From positions 16,352,892-16,416,183 of the forward strand of contig NC_057719.1 of assembly GCF_004010195.1 (NCBI RefSeq): a DNA stretch of 63,292 nucleotides. The letters are read 5' to 3'. The position numbers were made by a program, and so were the translations under genes. This DNA is from Chiloscyllium plagiosum (taxonomy: Eukaryota). The notes under the pieces were generated by a model that saw nothing but the letters and a program-made list of their open reading frames with translations, was not told where the DNA came from and made no database searches. This document shows, piece by piece, positions 38,883-52,030 of the stretch (its first letter is position 1; each line of letters opens with the position of its first letter).

Positions 38883-40482
38883 TTTGAAGATAGTTTTCTT
38901 TCTAATGTTGTTCTCACATATTTATTGTCCTCTTCCAGTACAATTAAATTTTTAAATGGCAGATGTAATAGCTAGCGCTGACGGTGGTGCAGTAGCCAAA
39001 AGGTAGGGGCAATAGCTCTTTAGGCTTCTTGGCCTGGTACTTCCAAAGAGGCAAAACTAAGAGACACAGCATGCTAAATGGTCCATAGTGTTAGGTGCAT
39101 TCGTCAGAGAGAAATGGGTCATGGTGGGTTACTCTTCGGACTTGTTGGGCCCAATGGCCTGCTTCCACGCTATAGAGAATCTAATCTCATCTAAGCTATA
39201 TGGGCTACATTCTGAAACATTATTTAAATGTTTTCCCTCTTGGAAAACTTTTTGTTCTCTAGACACAGATGCTTTTCAGCTATAACTCCACTGTTAGTCT
39301 TATTTTTCGTATTCATGAAAAAGTCAATGCATCAGTGCACCTTGAACACCAATGACATCACTAAAGGTATCAGTAAAATAATTACACAAAGGCTTATGCA
39401 TTATTCCCCATAAAGCAGAAGTCTTCTTTGGTTTATAAGACTATACTACAGCATTCCAATACACTGCACAATGGAATAAGATGAAATATCTGAGGAGCAG
39501 AAGAATCAATGTTTCAGGCATAGGCGCTTCATCAGGTGGGCATTTCAAATAAACCTGCTGGACTGTAGCCTGGTGTTGTGAGATTTTTTAACTTCATTCT
39601 GTCCAAATGATGAAGGGCTTATGCCTGAAACGTCGATTCTCCTGCTCCTCAGATGCTGCCTGACCTGCTGTGTTTTTCCAGCATCACACTCTTGACTCTG
39701 ATCTCCAGTATCTGTCCTCACTTTCTCCTAGCAAGACTAAGTATGCTTGGCATATGCATCCCTCACACAGCAACTCCACATCAAGGCAAAGCCATTATGG
39801 GAGGTGTCAAGTCAAGGTTACTTAATGGAGGATGCAGAAAAATCAACAAAAAAAAACAGAATGCTCCATACATATAATCTTCGCCCCCTAGTGTCAGATT
39901 TAAGAGCACATTTGGGCAACTTGCTCTTCAAGCCTCCTTACTCATTTGGACAGAATGAAGTTAAAAATCACAACACCCAGTTGTAGTCCAACAGGCTTAG
40001 TTGAAATTAAAACCTTAAGTCATCTCAAGGCTGACTTGAAAGAATTTCTGGGATTTACACATTAATACGTCGAAACCTGTATTCCCATTCTAAGTGATTA
40101 GAGACTTTTATCAGCAATTTAGGTTTTTTAATGCATCGCATCAATACTAAAAGCTGTGTCCTATGATCCTGCTCCGCTAGCTACCTGATGAAAGAATGAA
40201 AGAGCAGGGCTCTGAAAGCTTGTACTTTCAAATAAACCTGTTGAACTATAACCTGGCCTTGTGTGATTTTTAACCTTTGTCCATTCCAGTCCAACACTGG
40301 CACCTCCATACTATGTTATATAGATAAACTTTAATAATTCAAAAAAAAGAAAAGCAGGAAACAGAAGCTGACAAAATTAATTAGAACTGATCGAGTAAAA
40401 CATTTTAGTCAAAGCTCTGTCTGATTAAAACCATTCTAAAATGCAGACACTTCCAATAAACACTATTTTATCAAAAACTTAC

Positions 40483-40646
40483 CCTGCTGGAATTGCTCTA
40501 TCACCATCTGCAGGTTAGTTAGTGACATTGCATACTGCTTCACTTGTTCTTGAGACGTATTCAACTGCATCACTGCTTCATCTCGCTGTTTTGCAATAGT
40601 TTGAAGCTGCTCCTGCAAGGACTCCACTTGGAGGCTGGCTTGGTGG
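40483..40646 (-). CDS. trip11: TRIP11 exon (164 nt)
   Basis: tttatatacag|C...CAGG|gtaagt; (S)[54 protein letters not shown]; phase 2-1. Confidence 0.93.
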
Positions 40647-41180
40647 CTGTATATAAAAAATAAACCATGCAGCTTGGTATCAAGTATAATTCAGACCATC
40701 TACTAAACATCAGCGGAGGAACTGATGTGTGAGGAAACAGAAATCACATTAACTGGAACTCAGGGACTGCATGTTGGTCACAACTGTTATAATCCCCTCG
40801 GTAAATCAAATGAGCCCCCCGCCTCCACAAAGAAATTATTTTTTTCCATACCTTTGATTTTACGGAGTGTGCGCTCAACACAGGAAAAGGTTGCCACCAT
40901 TAAAAATGATTAACAATCTACTCCACGTGCAGTTTCACCCATGACGCTACATTAATAGAATAGAAAAATAACTGTTTTTTACCAAAGGTCTATTAAAGCA
41001 ACAGAGGCAGAATTCTGACTCATGACATCTGCTGCATAAATTGCATCGTTCTGTCAAGTTTAAGTTTCACATACAACTAAGGTATTTCCTATAACAGCAC
41101 CAAGTCCAACAGCAGTTTGCATTCACCTTTCCGATGTGAAAGCAACCAAAGGAGCTTCTCACAATACCATTGACCATCAA

Positions 41181-42210
41181 TGTTTGAGAAGATTTGTAGC
41201 TCAGGTTGATGATAAGTATGGAAGTTAGCTCGCTAAGCTGGAAGGCTTGTTTTCAGACGTTTCGTCATCATACTAGGTAACATCATCGGTGAGAATCTCT
41301 GGTGAAGCGCTGGGGAATGTCCCGCCTCTCCATTTATAGGTCTTAGTTTCTTAAAGTGGATGATGTCATTTCCAGTTTTTTTTTCAGGGGAAGGTAGAGG
41401 GGATCTAAATCAATGTGTTTATTGATGGAGCTCTGGTTAGAATGCCACGCCTCTAAGAATTGTCACACTTGTCTTTGTTTCGCCTGTCTTAGGATGTGTG
41501 TGTTGTCCCAGTCAAAGTGGTGTCCTTCTTTGTCTGTATGTATGGAAACTAGTGATAGTGGGTCATGTCTTTTGGTGGCTAGTTGGTGTTCATGTATCTG
41601 GGTGGCAAGTATTCTGCTTGCTTGTTCGATGTAGTTTTTTTTTTAAAAACAGTTCTTGCTTGGTATCTTGTAAATGATGTTAGTTTTGTTGGTAGTATCT
41701 AATGGATCCTTTAGGTTCATGAGTCGCTGTTGAAGTGTGTTAACATAATGTGGCTATAGGTTTTGGTTGCGTTGTGCCTGCTTGTTTGGGTTTATTTCGG
41801 AGAAATCAGTGGATTGTTTTTATGGGGTACCCATTTTTATTCAAAACGTTGTACGGATATTTTTCTTCTGCTGTTTGTAGTTCTTGGGTGCTGCAGTGTG
41901 GTGTAGCTCATTGAAATAATGTCTTGATGCAGTTCTGTTTGTGGGTGTTGGGAAGATTGTTTCTTAAGTATTTGGTCTTTGTTTGCTTTTCTCTAAATGC
42001 TGGTTTGAAGCTTTCCATTAACTGTACATTCAACTGTTACGTCTAGGAATGGGAGTCTGGTGTCATTCTCCTCCTCTTTCGTAAATTATATGCTGGCAGC
42101 ATGGTAGCCTACAACTCTACCAACACATTTAAGTAACAGCTAATGAACCTAAAGGATCCATTAGATACTACCAGCAAAACGAACGTCATTTACAAGATAC
42201 CATGCAAGGA
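41181..42210 (-). mobile_element. Penelope-like element (RT C-terminus, GIY-YIG, terminal repeat) with a terminal inverted segment
   Basis: Minus-strand homology to the 44630-45300 ORF. Bases 42100-42210 are an inverted copy of about 41650-41760. Hammerhead at about 41252-41292 carries a CTGA>CCGA change. Confidence 0.8.
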
Positions 42211-44020
42211 GGATTCTGGGTAATCCGAGATGGAGGACGGGAAACATTTCTGGCTGTAACAGGTATTGGAGGTGATTTCCTCTAATTCCAAGAGCACCAA
42301 TTACTGTTTTATATGCTGTTATATTGTCTTGGAACTTTGGAGGAAAAAAAAGTCAAAATACCAGAACTTTTAAAAGGGAGAGGAACAGACAAAGGCAGCA
42401 CATGGTGAGGTCTGTGTAGGGGGAGAGACAGAGAGTCAGACAGAGGGGGAGAGAAACCCACACTGCCAACCGACACCGCAGTGAGCCTGCACAGTTACTG
42501 CCTTTGCTGTTTGAATTCATTCATTGGAGTGCATCTGGGAAAATTAACAAATAATGAAATTCACAACTAAATCTTGGAGGAACCTGTTTGGGAGACATCA
42601 CAGCACAGAAACAGATAAGTGAATACTTTTAAGTGTGGCCTTACAGTAAGTCTGCAGTAGTGAGTAAAGCGGGTTCTTTCTTGATTGTATGTTTTATTGA
42701 GATTTGTCTCCTGATTAAACTTAAAAAAATATAAGCCATAAGCATTACGTCAGCCTGGAGCAATGTTTTGTAGACTAATAACACAACGCTATTTTCTGGG
42801 CTGTAGATTGGAAGAAGCAAAAATGGCTTTAGTAGAGTAATATGCCCTTCTTGTCAGATGTGGGAGTTTAGGGAGAGTTTACAAGTTACTGAGGATTATA
42901 TCTGCAATAAATGCCATCGGTTGTGAATCCTACCAGATCAAATGGATCAGTTGGAGACAGTTAGAGGCAATGAGGAATTTACAAGAGATAGGGTATGTGA
43001 TAGATAGCAGTTACAGGAAAGGAGAAAAGTTGCAGATATAGTCAAATAAATGGGTTAATGCCAGGAAAGGTAAGAGAGGTAGACAGGTAGTGCAGGAGTC
43101 TTCTGTGGCTATCCCCATTTCAAACAAATATGCTGTTTTAGAAAACGTAGGGGGTGATGGATTCTCAGGGGAATGTAGCATGAACAGCCAAGTTGCTGGT
43201 ATCGAGACTGGCTCTACTGCAATGAGGGATATGATGGGTTCCAAGAGATCGATTGTGTTAGGGGACTCTCTAGTCTGAGACACAAAGATGTTTTTGTAGC
43301 CAGCAGCAAATAATCAAAATGATGTGTTGCCTCCATGGTGCCAGGATCAAGGATATATCAGAGAGGACCAGCAGGAAGTCATTGTACGCACTGGAACCAA
43401 TGATATAGGAAGGAAAACAGATGAGATTCTGAAGGGAGAATAGAGAGAGTTAGGCAGAATTTAAAAAGGAGGCCCTCGGTAGTAGTAATTACTCCTGGTG
43501 CTGCGAGCTAGTGAGGGCAGGAATAGGAGGATAGAGCAGATGAATGCATGGCTGAGGAGCTGGTGTATGGGAGAACGATTAACATTTTTGGATCATTGGA
43601 ATCTCTTCTGGGGTAGAAGTGATCTGTACAAGAAGGACGGATTGCACCTGAATTGGAAGGTGACGAATATACTGGCAGGGAGATGTGCTGGAATTGCTCA
43701 GGAGTATTTAAACTATTAAGGTAGGGGGAATGGTGGGACCCAGGAAGAAGTGAGGAAAGAGATCAATCTGAGACTAGTACAGTTGATAAAAGAAGCGGGT
43801 CAAACAGTCAGGGCCTTTTAACCTTTCAAATATAGACTGGGACTGCCATAGTGAACAGAGTTTAGATGGAGAGGGATTTGTTAAGTGTGTACAAGAAAAT
43901 TTTCTGATTCAGTATGTGGATGTACCTACTAGAGAAGGTGCAAAACGTGATCTACTCTTGGGAAATAATGCAGGGCAGGTGACTGAGGTGCCAGTGGAGG
44001 AGCACTTTGGGGCCAGCAAC
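42211..44020 (+). mobile_element. CR1 5' part: 5' UTR, ORF1 (zinc finger plus SGNH/GDSL esterase) and APE endonuclease fragment
   Basis: CxxC...CNKC, IVLGDSLV, GTND and DGLHLN motifs, followed by decayed IDWD...[18 protein letters not shown]. Confidence 0.85.
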
Positions 44021-44590
44021 CACCAATTTTGGTGTCATCTGCAAACTTACTAACTGTACCTCTTTTGCTCGCATCCAAATCATTTATGTAAATGACAAAA
44101 AGTAGAGGGCCCAGCACCGATCCTTGTGGCACTCCACTGGTCACAGGCCTCCAGTCTGAAAAACAACCCTCCACCACCACCTTTCTACCTTTGAGCCAGT
44201 TTTGTATCCAAATGGTTAGTTCTCCCTGTATTCCATGAGATCTAGCCTTGCTAATCAGTCTCCCCATGAGGAACCTTGTCGAACGCCTTACTGAAGTCCA
44301 TATAGATCACATCTACTTCTCTGCTCTCAATCTTCTTTGTTACTTCATCAAAAAACTCAATCAAGTTTGTGAGACATGATTTCCCATTCACAAAGCCATG
44401 TTGACTATCCCGAATCAGTCCTTGCCTTTCCAAATACATGTACATCCTGTCCCTCAGGATTCCCTCCAAGAACTTGCCCACCACCGAGGTCAGGCTCTCC
44501 AGTCTATAGTTTCCTGGCTTGTCTTTACCGCCCTTCTTAAACAGTGACACCACGTTTGCCAACCTCCAGTCTTCCGGCACCTCACCTGTG
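44021..44590 (-). mobile_element. CR1 reverse-transcriptase fragment, inverted relative to the adjacent ORF1/APE part
   Basis: EVPEDWRLANV...PGNYR...QHGF...[11 protein letters not shown] and [22 protein letters not shown]...[10 protein letters not shown]. Confidence 0.9.
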
Positions 44591-44629
44591 TTGGAAGTGT
44601 TGGAGGCTAGTACAATTGCAACATTTGTA

Positions 44630-45300
44630 CTAATACCTAACGGAGAATTCACCACAGAGGTTTACAGGAAAGTCACACACACAGACCAAGTCCTGAACTA
44701 CGAAAGCAACCACCCCAACACACACAAAAGAGGTTGCATCAAGACACTGTTCAAAAGGGCCACAACACACTGCAGTACACCAGAACTGCAAAAACTCACC
44801 AGAACGAAGGACCCGATTCCCAGCATGAGCAAAACCAATGTAGTGTACAAAATCCCATGCAAGGACTGCACAAAACACTACATAGGACAAACAGGAAGAC
44901 AGCTAACAATCCGCATCCATGAACACCAACTAGCCATGAAACGACACGACCAGCTATCCTTAGTCACACACGCAGATGACAAGCAACATGAGTTCGACTG
45001 GGACAACACTACTATTATAGGACAAGCCAAACAGAGAACAGCCAGGGAATTCCTACAGGCATGGCACTCATCCACAGATTCAATCAATAAGCACATCGAC
45101 CTGGACTCAATATACCGACCCTGCAATGGACACATGGAACTGACAACCGGAAACGGCAGAGACAAACCACTATAAATGCCGGAGGAAACATCACAGAAGC
45201 GCTTCACAGGAGGCTCCCAAGCACTGAGGATGTCACCTAGACAGGGGACGAAACGTCTGCAGCACAAATTCCCAGCTCGGAGAACAGAACCACAACAATG
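44630..45300 (+). mobile_element. Penelope-like element 3' part (internally deleted RT end, GIY-YIG, terminal repeat)
   Basis: TEVYRKVTHTDQVLNYESNHP; NVVYKIPCKDCTKHYIGQTGRQLTIRIHEH...REFLQAWHS. Confidence 0.9.
45221..45260 (+). ncRNA. Minimal hammerhead ribozyme motif
   Basis: gca-CTGAGGA-t-gtcacct(agac)aggggac-GAAAC-GTC-tgc. Confidence 0.8.
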
Positions 45301-46423
45301 GTTGCAAATCTTTCCCTATCCTTAACAGATGATCATTAAAGCAACAGTAATGACTCAGTTGTGTGAAAAATCAGTTCATTCAATATACAAAAAGAATTGA
45401 CCTGCACAATTCAACATTATTTGCCTACTTCAAGCACTTAATTAGTTATCCTTTCTTCTTACAAACATTGAGCAATTGCTGACTGACTAGTTCTCCCAAT
45501 ATATCAGTCCTGAAGAAAAATCACTGGTCCTGAAACATTAACTTGGCTTTTTCAGGCCTAGAGGTGCCAGACCTGCTCAGTTTTTCCAGCAATTTCTGAT
45601 TTCTCGCATCCACAATTCTCTTTATTTTTATAAAATATATTTATCTTATCTTTGCAGAAATCTTTAATCAACCCAACCAATGTTTCAAATTATGCCATGA
45701 CTGAGATTAGTGATTCATTGTGAAGCAAATTTTGAACCACATGTTGACTCTTCCTAATCAACTAACCTTCTTTCCTTCTAGGTATTAATTGATATCCTAA
45801 ATAACTGTTTCTCGAAGCTTGCCCACCAAAGCTAAACTTCGTGGTCTGTAATTCACAATTCTCCAGTCTTCTGGTACCTCCCAAGTCCAGGAAAGAATGA
45901 AATATTGTGGCCAATATCCCTTCAATTTCTAACCTCACTTCCTTCAAAATCCTTGAATGTATCTCATCTGGTCTCAGTGCCTTGACAAACTTAAGTACCA
46001 ACCGTCTATCCAATACTTCTTCCTAATCAATTTTGAACCTTCCTGATGAAAGAATTTCCTTCTCTGTCACTATGGCTAGGGTAGCATTCTTCTAGTTTGT
46101 AAAAAGCAGTGCAAAGTATCCATTTAACACCTCAGCCATGCCTCTTGCTTCTATGTCTAAATCTTTTTGGTCTCCATTTGGCCCTTGAACCAATCATTTT
46201 TAAAAGTAGTAATGGATAGATTTGAAGGTAACACTGTTGATGTGGCACATATGGACTTCCAGAAGACTTGAGAGGAATAATACCACACAAGACTTGAGGG
46301 GAAAATTATAGGCCATGATATAAAAAGGATAGTAGCAACATGGATACAAGGTTGGCTGCTTGATAGGAAACAGAGTGTAATAGTCAATGGATTCTGTTTG
46401 GACTAGTGCTCCCCAGGGATCGG

Positions 46424-46590
46424 TACAGGTAGTTCTTCTATAACATGATGGTTGTGTTCTTGTGCGACCCTGCACTATATAAAAATCACACGATAAAATA
46501 GCATTTACTGTTGGCGATGCAATCGTATTCTAGCCAACACACATTTTAAAAGTTTGTACTTTAGAAACAGCATCCCTTATTCATCAACTG
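46424..46590 (+). mobile_element. Tigger/pogo-like MITE fragment
   Basis: TA followed by a caggtagttcttctataac terminus and CpG-decayed internal repeats; the right end is not evident. Confidence 0.45.
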
Positions 46591-46686
46591 TGTAACACGT
46601 GCAGACAATACTAAACTTGAATGAATTATGAACTGAGAGGATAACAGTGTGGAACTCCAAAAGGAGATTGACAAATTGGTGGAGTG

Positions 46687-46880
46687 CAGGAAGCATCCGA
46701 GGAGCAGGAAAATAGACGTTTCAGGCAAAAGCCCTTCATCAGGAATCATTCCTGATGAAGGGCTTTTGCCCGAAACGTCGATTTCCCTGCTCCTCGGATG
46801 TCGCCTGACCTGCTGTGCGTTTCCAGCACCACTCTGATGTAAACTCTGGTTTCCAGCATCTGCAGTCCTCACTTTTGCCA
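46687..46880. mobile_element. Fold-back element with two opposed hammerhead cores, inserted in CR1
   Basis: gacgtttcaggcaaaagcccttcatcagg (minus core) and cctgatgaagggcttttgcccgaaacgtc (plus core); degenerate TSD attggtgRagtg. Confidence 0.8.
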
Positions 46881-47793
46881 CATTGGTGAAGTGGGTGAAT
46901 ACGTGGCAGATTAGGCACAATGCAGTGAACTGTGACCCATTGCATTTTGGTAGAAAGAACATTAGGTTGTGGGAGCAGAGGAACCTGGCTGCATAAGTAA
47001 ACAGATCATTGAAGACATCAGAACAGGAGAAGAACAGTTACTAAAGAAAATAAAAAAATGCAGTGCCCTCAGATTTACGACTGAGGCACGAAATAGAAGG
47101 ACAGACTATTGATGTTGAACTTGCTAGACCTCAATCAAAATGCTGCTGTGGGTGCCACAATCTAGGAAAGACGTGAATGTATTGGAGAAAGTGCAAAAAT
47201 AATTTACACGGATGGTTCCAGGAAAGAGAAACTTCAATATGAGGATAGATTGAATAAGTTGGGGCTGTTCTCCTTATATAAGAGACAACTGAGAGGATTT
47301 TGAGTAGAGGTTTTCAAAATCATGAGTCATCTGGATAGAATAGATAGGGAGAAGATGCTCCTGCTCATTTAAAGAAGCAAAATGAGTGGGTATATGTTTA
47401 AAGAGATGTACTAAAGAAGCAAAAGGTGATGTGAGAAATAAAATGGTTTTCACATAACGAATTGTTAGGGTATGGAATCTCTTGCCTGGAAATGTGGTGG
47501 AACCAGGTTCAATTGAGCAGCACACATATGATAAGGCAGCATTCAAGGAGAAATTGGATGACTATTTTGGTAGAAATGTTGTACAAGGGTGCAGGGAATA
47601 AAAACAGTAGATTGACACTAAGAACCAGAGCTGACACGATGGGCTAAATGGCCTCCTCCTGCACTGTAACAATTCTGTGAAATCATACCCTAAATCTATA
47701 TCACCTGGTGTACGAAGAGGACAAATTAAGCGATTTAACATCGATAATAAACATTAGTTGAAGCCTTATTGTAGGAAAAGTCATTACTTCTAC

Positions 47794-47987
47794 CTGGCAT
47801 TTTCTACAGCAGAAGATGAGGATGCTAACTTTTCCCCCAGAAAAGTAGCCCTCTTCCTCAGCTCGGCCTCTCGGTCCTCAGCTGCCAAGGCCTCTTTGGT
47901 GTATGACTCTTCCATCTCAATTAAATGTTGTCGCAATCGCTGCAAATCCTGGTACAAACGCTGCTCCTTATCACGTGTGTGCTGCAA
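47794..47987 (-). CDS. trip11: TRIP11 exon (194 nt)
   Basis: cttatttcag|TTG...GCCAG|gtagaa; [46 protein letters not shown]...SSSAVENA; phase 0-2. Confidence 0.93.
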
Positions 47988-48890
47988 CTGAAATAAGAGA
48001 CAAGACATTGCCATCACCATCCCCAGGTGGTTGGTAATTTTATGAATAATGCTTTCAAGGCCCATGAGAGATAGGCAATAATTAGCCCAGTTAGCGATGC
48101 CCTCATCACAAGAATGAATTAAAACATCATTTTCCAAGATAATAACTGACATGGAAATCACGGAATATCAATTGGAACATAATAAAATACCAGAACTCAC
48201 TGACAGTGAGACTAAAGGAACTTTTTTTAAAAGTGCAGGTGATAACAAGCATGTAGCTCTCTTCTTCAGATAAATGTTCCGTTTTGGTAAGAGGAACATG
48301 GAACTTTAACATAAACTAAAGACTTCAATTCTAAAAAACGTGCAGAAGCAGAACAAAGAGGTAAATGCCCCTCAGTTAATGAAGGCGACAGGGAGAGGTT
48401 GAGAGTAGTTAATAATGCATACAGTATCCTAATTTATTAATATGGGCATATAGCATAAAAGCAGAGGTTATGTTGAATTTGCATAACCATATGGCAAAGG
48501 AAACAGAAAGGGAATGGTTTCATGGATCCTTTTGTGGCTTAATATTGAAATGTGAAAACATTTTTGACATAAAAGGGTTTTTATTCAAACTAGGTTTTAA
48601 ACTGATCTAGTTTTGAAACTTAACATATGTAACAGGCCTATGAATATTAGTTTATTACTATTGAGCTTCAATTTATTATTAGGTAACAACGCTGGGTGGA
48701 GTCACACAATGATCTTGTAAAAATAAACTGATGGTCCTAGAGAGCATTCAGACCCTAAATACTGGGAAATTTGGGATGATGGTTCACCACTAGGAGATTA
48801 AACTATACACTGACAAGATGTAGTAATTGTCCTTGGGTGTTACCTTGCCTTGGGAGAGATCTGTAGTGTTGGCATGCCAAGAAAGAAAGT

Positions 48891-49078
48891 GAGAAAGTGA
48901 GGACTGCAAATGCTGGACATCAGAGTTGAGAGCGAGGTACTGGAAAAGCACAGCAGGTCAGGCAACATCTGAGGTGCAGGAGAATCCAAGGCTCATTCCT
49001 GATGAAGGGCTTATGCCCAAAATGTGGATTCTCCTGCTCCTTGACCTGCTGTGCTTTTCCAGCACCACACTCTCAATA
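48891..49078. mobile_element. Fold-back Penelope-terminus element, decayed
   Basis: gagaaagtgaggactgc... arm, cctgatgaagggcttatgccc core and gacctgctgtgcttttccagc arm. Confidence 0.7.
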
Positions 49079-50789
49079 CTAAGAAAGACAAGTTATTATA
49101 AAAGGGACAATCTTATAAACTAATTAGCATGTTAAGAATTAATCAGAAATCATCCTTAAGATGTCCATTACTTTTAAAGAAACTAATCAGGACTGGGGAA
49201 TACAGTATGCAGCAAATCCAAGGCTGAACACGACCTGTTCATATGTTAGCAAGCCAATTACAGTTAAGTACGTCTGTGATCATTTACACTGGGTAATGGC
49301 TAGCAAGGTTTAATAAGTTGTGATTTTTAGTGTTTTAGTGCATGCCAGTAAGCAGAATAGAATAGACTAATGCCCAATCAATTAGATCAAGAATTGGTAT
49401 TGCAAAGTGGATATAGTGAAAATCACTGCTTTTGTTACCTATTATTTCTTTAGGAATCACTATGAAAAAAAAATTAGTAATTACACAGAACTGTCAAAAT
49501 ATATTTGTTCCTGGAATTGGTCTTGTAATTTATCAAATTAATTAAACCTTTAGCATGGGTTAATTCCCAAAATCTTATGTCAGATTCTAGCAATCTGTCT
49601 TTTGCTTCACCAGATCTACTGAGCCAATTGAAGTTACCCTGAAGAATTTCCAATTCCAATGAAATGCATGCTTATCAATAATGTTTTATGCCATTAACCT
49701 GGGCACTTAAGCATTAAAGATCCTGATATGTAATATACAGGAGTTGTTTTTACTCACTATCTTCTCCTAGTCCCACACACGTTGAGCTGACTGGTAATTT
49801 TTGTTTAACACCTTCTACAATTATCAGCTGGGCAACACACAATTGCATCAGATGTCATCATTTTCAGCCTGTTATCTACTAAGGCTAACATTAAGCTATG
49901 GAGAGTTGCGAAAATATAAATGATGAAGAACAGCATACAGAAAACACCTTCCAAACTAAACTAAAACAAATCAATGGAAAGTACAGAACCCATAGTTGGA
50001 CTACAGACACCCTCGAAGTTCACATAGCATAGCAAGATATAGAAAGAGGCATTAAAAAGCTGAAGAAATGAGATACATTGATTCCCAGAGATTGATGGCT
50101 TGGATACTGACAATTAATATTTAAAACAGAACTTTTCATTTTTATTCTCTATCACTCACAAATGTGTGTATAAAGAAATCCCAAAAGGTATGGGTAGGGA
50201 GGCTTAGAAAGATTCTGACAGACTTGAATGCGCCCTTCCTATTGCAAAGCTTTTAAGTCTCTGCACAGATGCTTGCCACAATTCAACTGCATGTAGAACA
50301 TAAAAGAAAAGCACAACAGGGAAGATTGAACTCCAGCCTTCAACTTAAATCTGATTCACAATAGCCAGTGTTCCAATTTCAAGCCTGCAGTAGCAACCAT
50401 GTCAACATCAGGAGTTTCTAACATGAACGTAATTAGACTTTGCATCATATTCACAATGGGTGACTCACTTTCCAATACAGCAATAGCTTATGTGATGGTA
50501 CACTTTGGTTTACGTTGACACCAGGTCATGACCTGCAACAGAAGTTTGAGCACTTAACACATATACTTCTTCAATTTCTCAAAGGGTGGTCTAAGCCAGG
50601 CTTGATAAGAATCTTTTGGTTGTTTTATATCACCAATCAACACATCAACAATTATAATTAGATTCACCTATGCAATTAAAGAACTTATTTTTACATAACG
50701 ATACTAAGGAAAATATGGAACCTAATCATGGTGAGTCATATATTTCACTTACACTCAGATAACTAATAGTTTATTTTGCCAACTACCTT

Positions 50790-51470
50790 GTTGAAGCTCT
50801 CTCTCCTGCTCTCTCTGCTCAGAGCTCATGAACTGCTCTGTCACCGGACATTTTCCTCAGACGGCTCTACTGCTTCCCTTCCTCCTTCCTGTCAAGTCAA
50901 ATCTTCCTCGTGGTCCTCCAGTGTGGTTTTAATCTCCATCCTGATCTCTCATCTTGTTATTCCCACCTTGCCCTAACTACTACTCACCTTTCCTTGAAGA
51001 TTATTTAATTGCAAACCACATCCCCTACATTATCAAGTTTTTGAATATTTGATTTTCCTCTTGCGTCGCATTATCTTTGGTTACTTCTAATCACGCACTA
51101 TTTCCTTTTTTTTCAATCATAATTTCACTGAAGACATTCATCCATGCAACCTTACTCCAAACTCCTGCCTCCAAACTCCCCAATGTCTCCAAAACACCAG
51201 GATTCATGCATATCTCTTCATGAGCTTTCTGCCTATCTAAAAGTTCTTAAAACATTCCTAACCAAATGTATGAACAACATCCTCAGTAACCAACACAAGA
51301 TGCGTTATCCCTAATCATTCTGTCTGAAAACTTCGACATGGTTCACTGCCTTAACTTGCTCAAACAGTTCTTCACCATTATCCAGTTAAGTGGGACCTTC
51401 CTTTACTTCTCTTTGCACAACTCATACCTAGCCAATCGTACCCAGATCAGGTTCAGCAAAGGCTTCCCTT
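50790..51470 (+). mobile_element. Ancient L2-like LINE RT remnant
   Basis: Pyrimidine-rich decayed motifs (cttcgacatggtt, tcatacctagccaatcgtacccag). Confidence 0.4.
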
Positions 51471-51733
51471 TTTACCTGTGTTAAAACTTACTGGGGAGCA
51501 TTCTTAAAATTGAGCCCTGGAGTCATCATAAGAGTTAAAAGTTGTTAAATTAAGGAACTCCCTGTACTTGTTTATCTATCTTTTAGACTTAGATAGACAG
51601 AAAGGATGGAACAGGTTTCTACACTTAACAAGAATTACTACTTATTACAAATAAACAGATTCAAGCTAAATTAAGCAATTTTGAACCATCAGAAAATAAC
51701 TCCTACTAATTAAAACTAACCACTTTTACTAGA

Positions 51734-52030
51734 GTGGGGGAGTCTAAAACTGGAGGACATAAGTTTAACGTGAGAGGGGAAGTATTTAAGAAGGACCTGA
51801 GGGGTAACATATTCATGCAGAGGATGGTGCGTGTATGGAATGAGCTGCCAGAGGAAGTGACAAAGGTTGGTACAATTATATGTAAAAGGAAGCTGAATGG
51901 GTCTATGAATAGAAAGAGTTTAGAAGGATATAGACCAAATGCTGATAAATGGGATTAGGTTAGATTCAGATGGTTGGTCAGCACAGGAAATTTGGACTTA
52001 AGGGTCTGTTTCCAAGCTGTATGACTTGAA
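51734..52030 (+). mobile_element. CR1 3' fragment
   Basis: GESKTGGHKFNVRGE..DLRGNIFMQRMVRVWNELPEEV and tail. Confidence 0.85.

Larger units (their letters stand above)
45640..47680. mobile_element. Decayed CR1 segments (minus about 45640-46195, plus about 46196-47680) hosting nested insertions
   Basis: RPDEIHSRILKEV on the minus strand; MDFQK..., ELQKEIDKLVE and a 3' tail on the plus strand. Confidence 0.75.

Noticed and set aside
44519..45175. 218-aa ORF as a novel gene
   Set aside because: Chance read-through from antisense CR1 sequence into an internally deleted Penelope RT/GIY-YIG fragment.
46749..46782. C/D-box snoRNA suggested by TGATGA/CTGA motifs
   Set aside because: The motifs are the CTGATGA hammerhead core within multi-copy repeats; there is no terminal stem or guide architecture.
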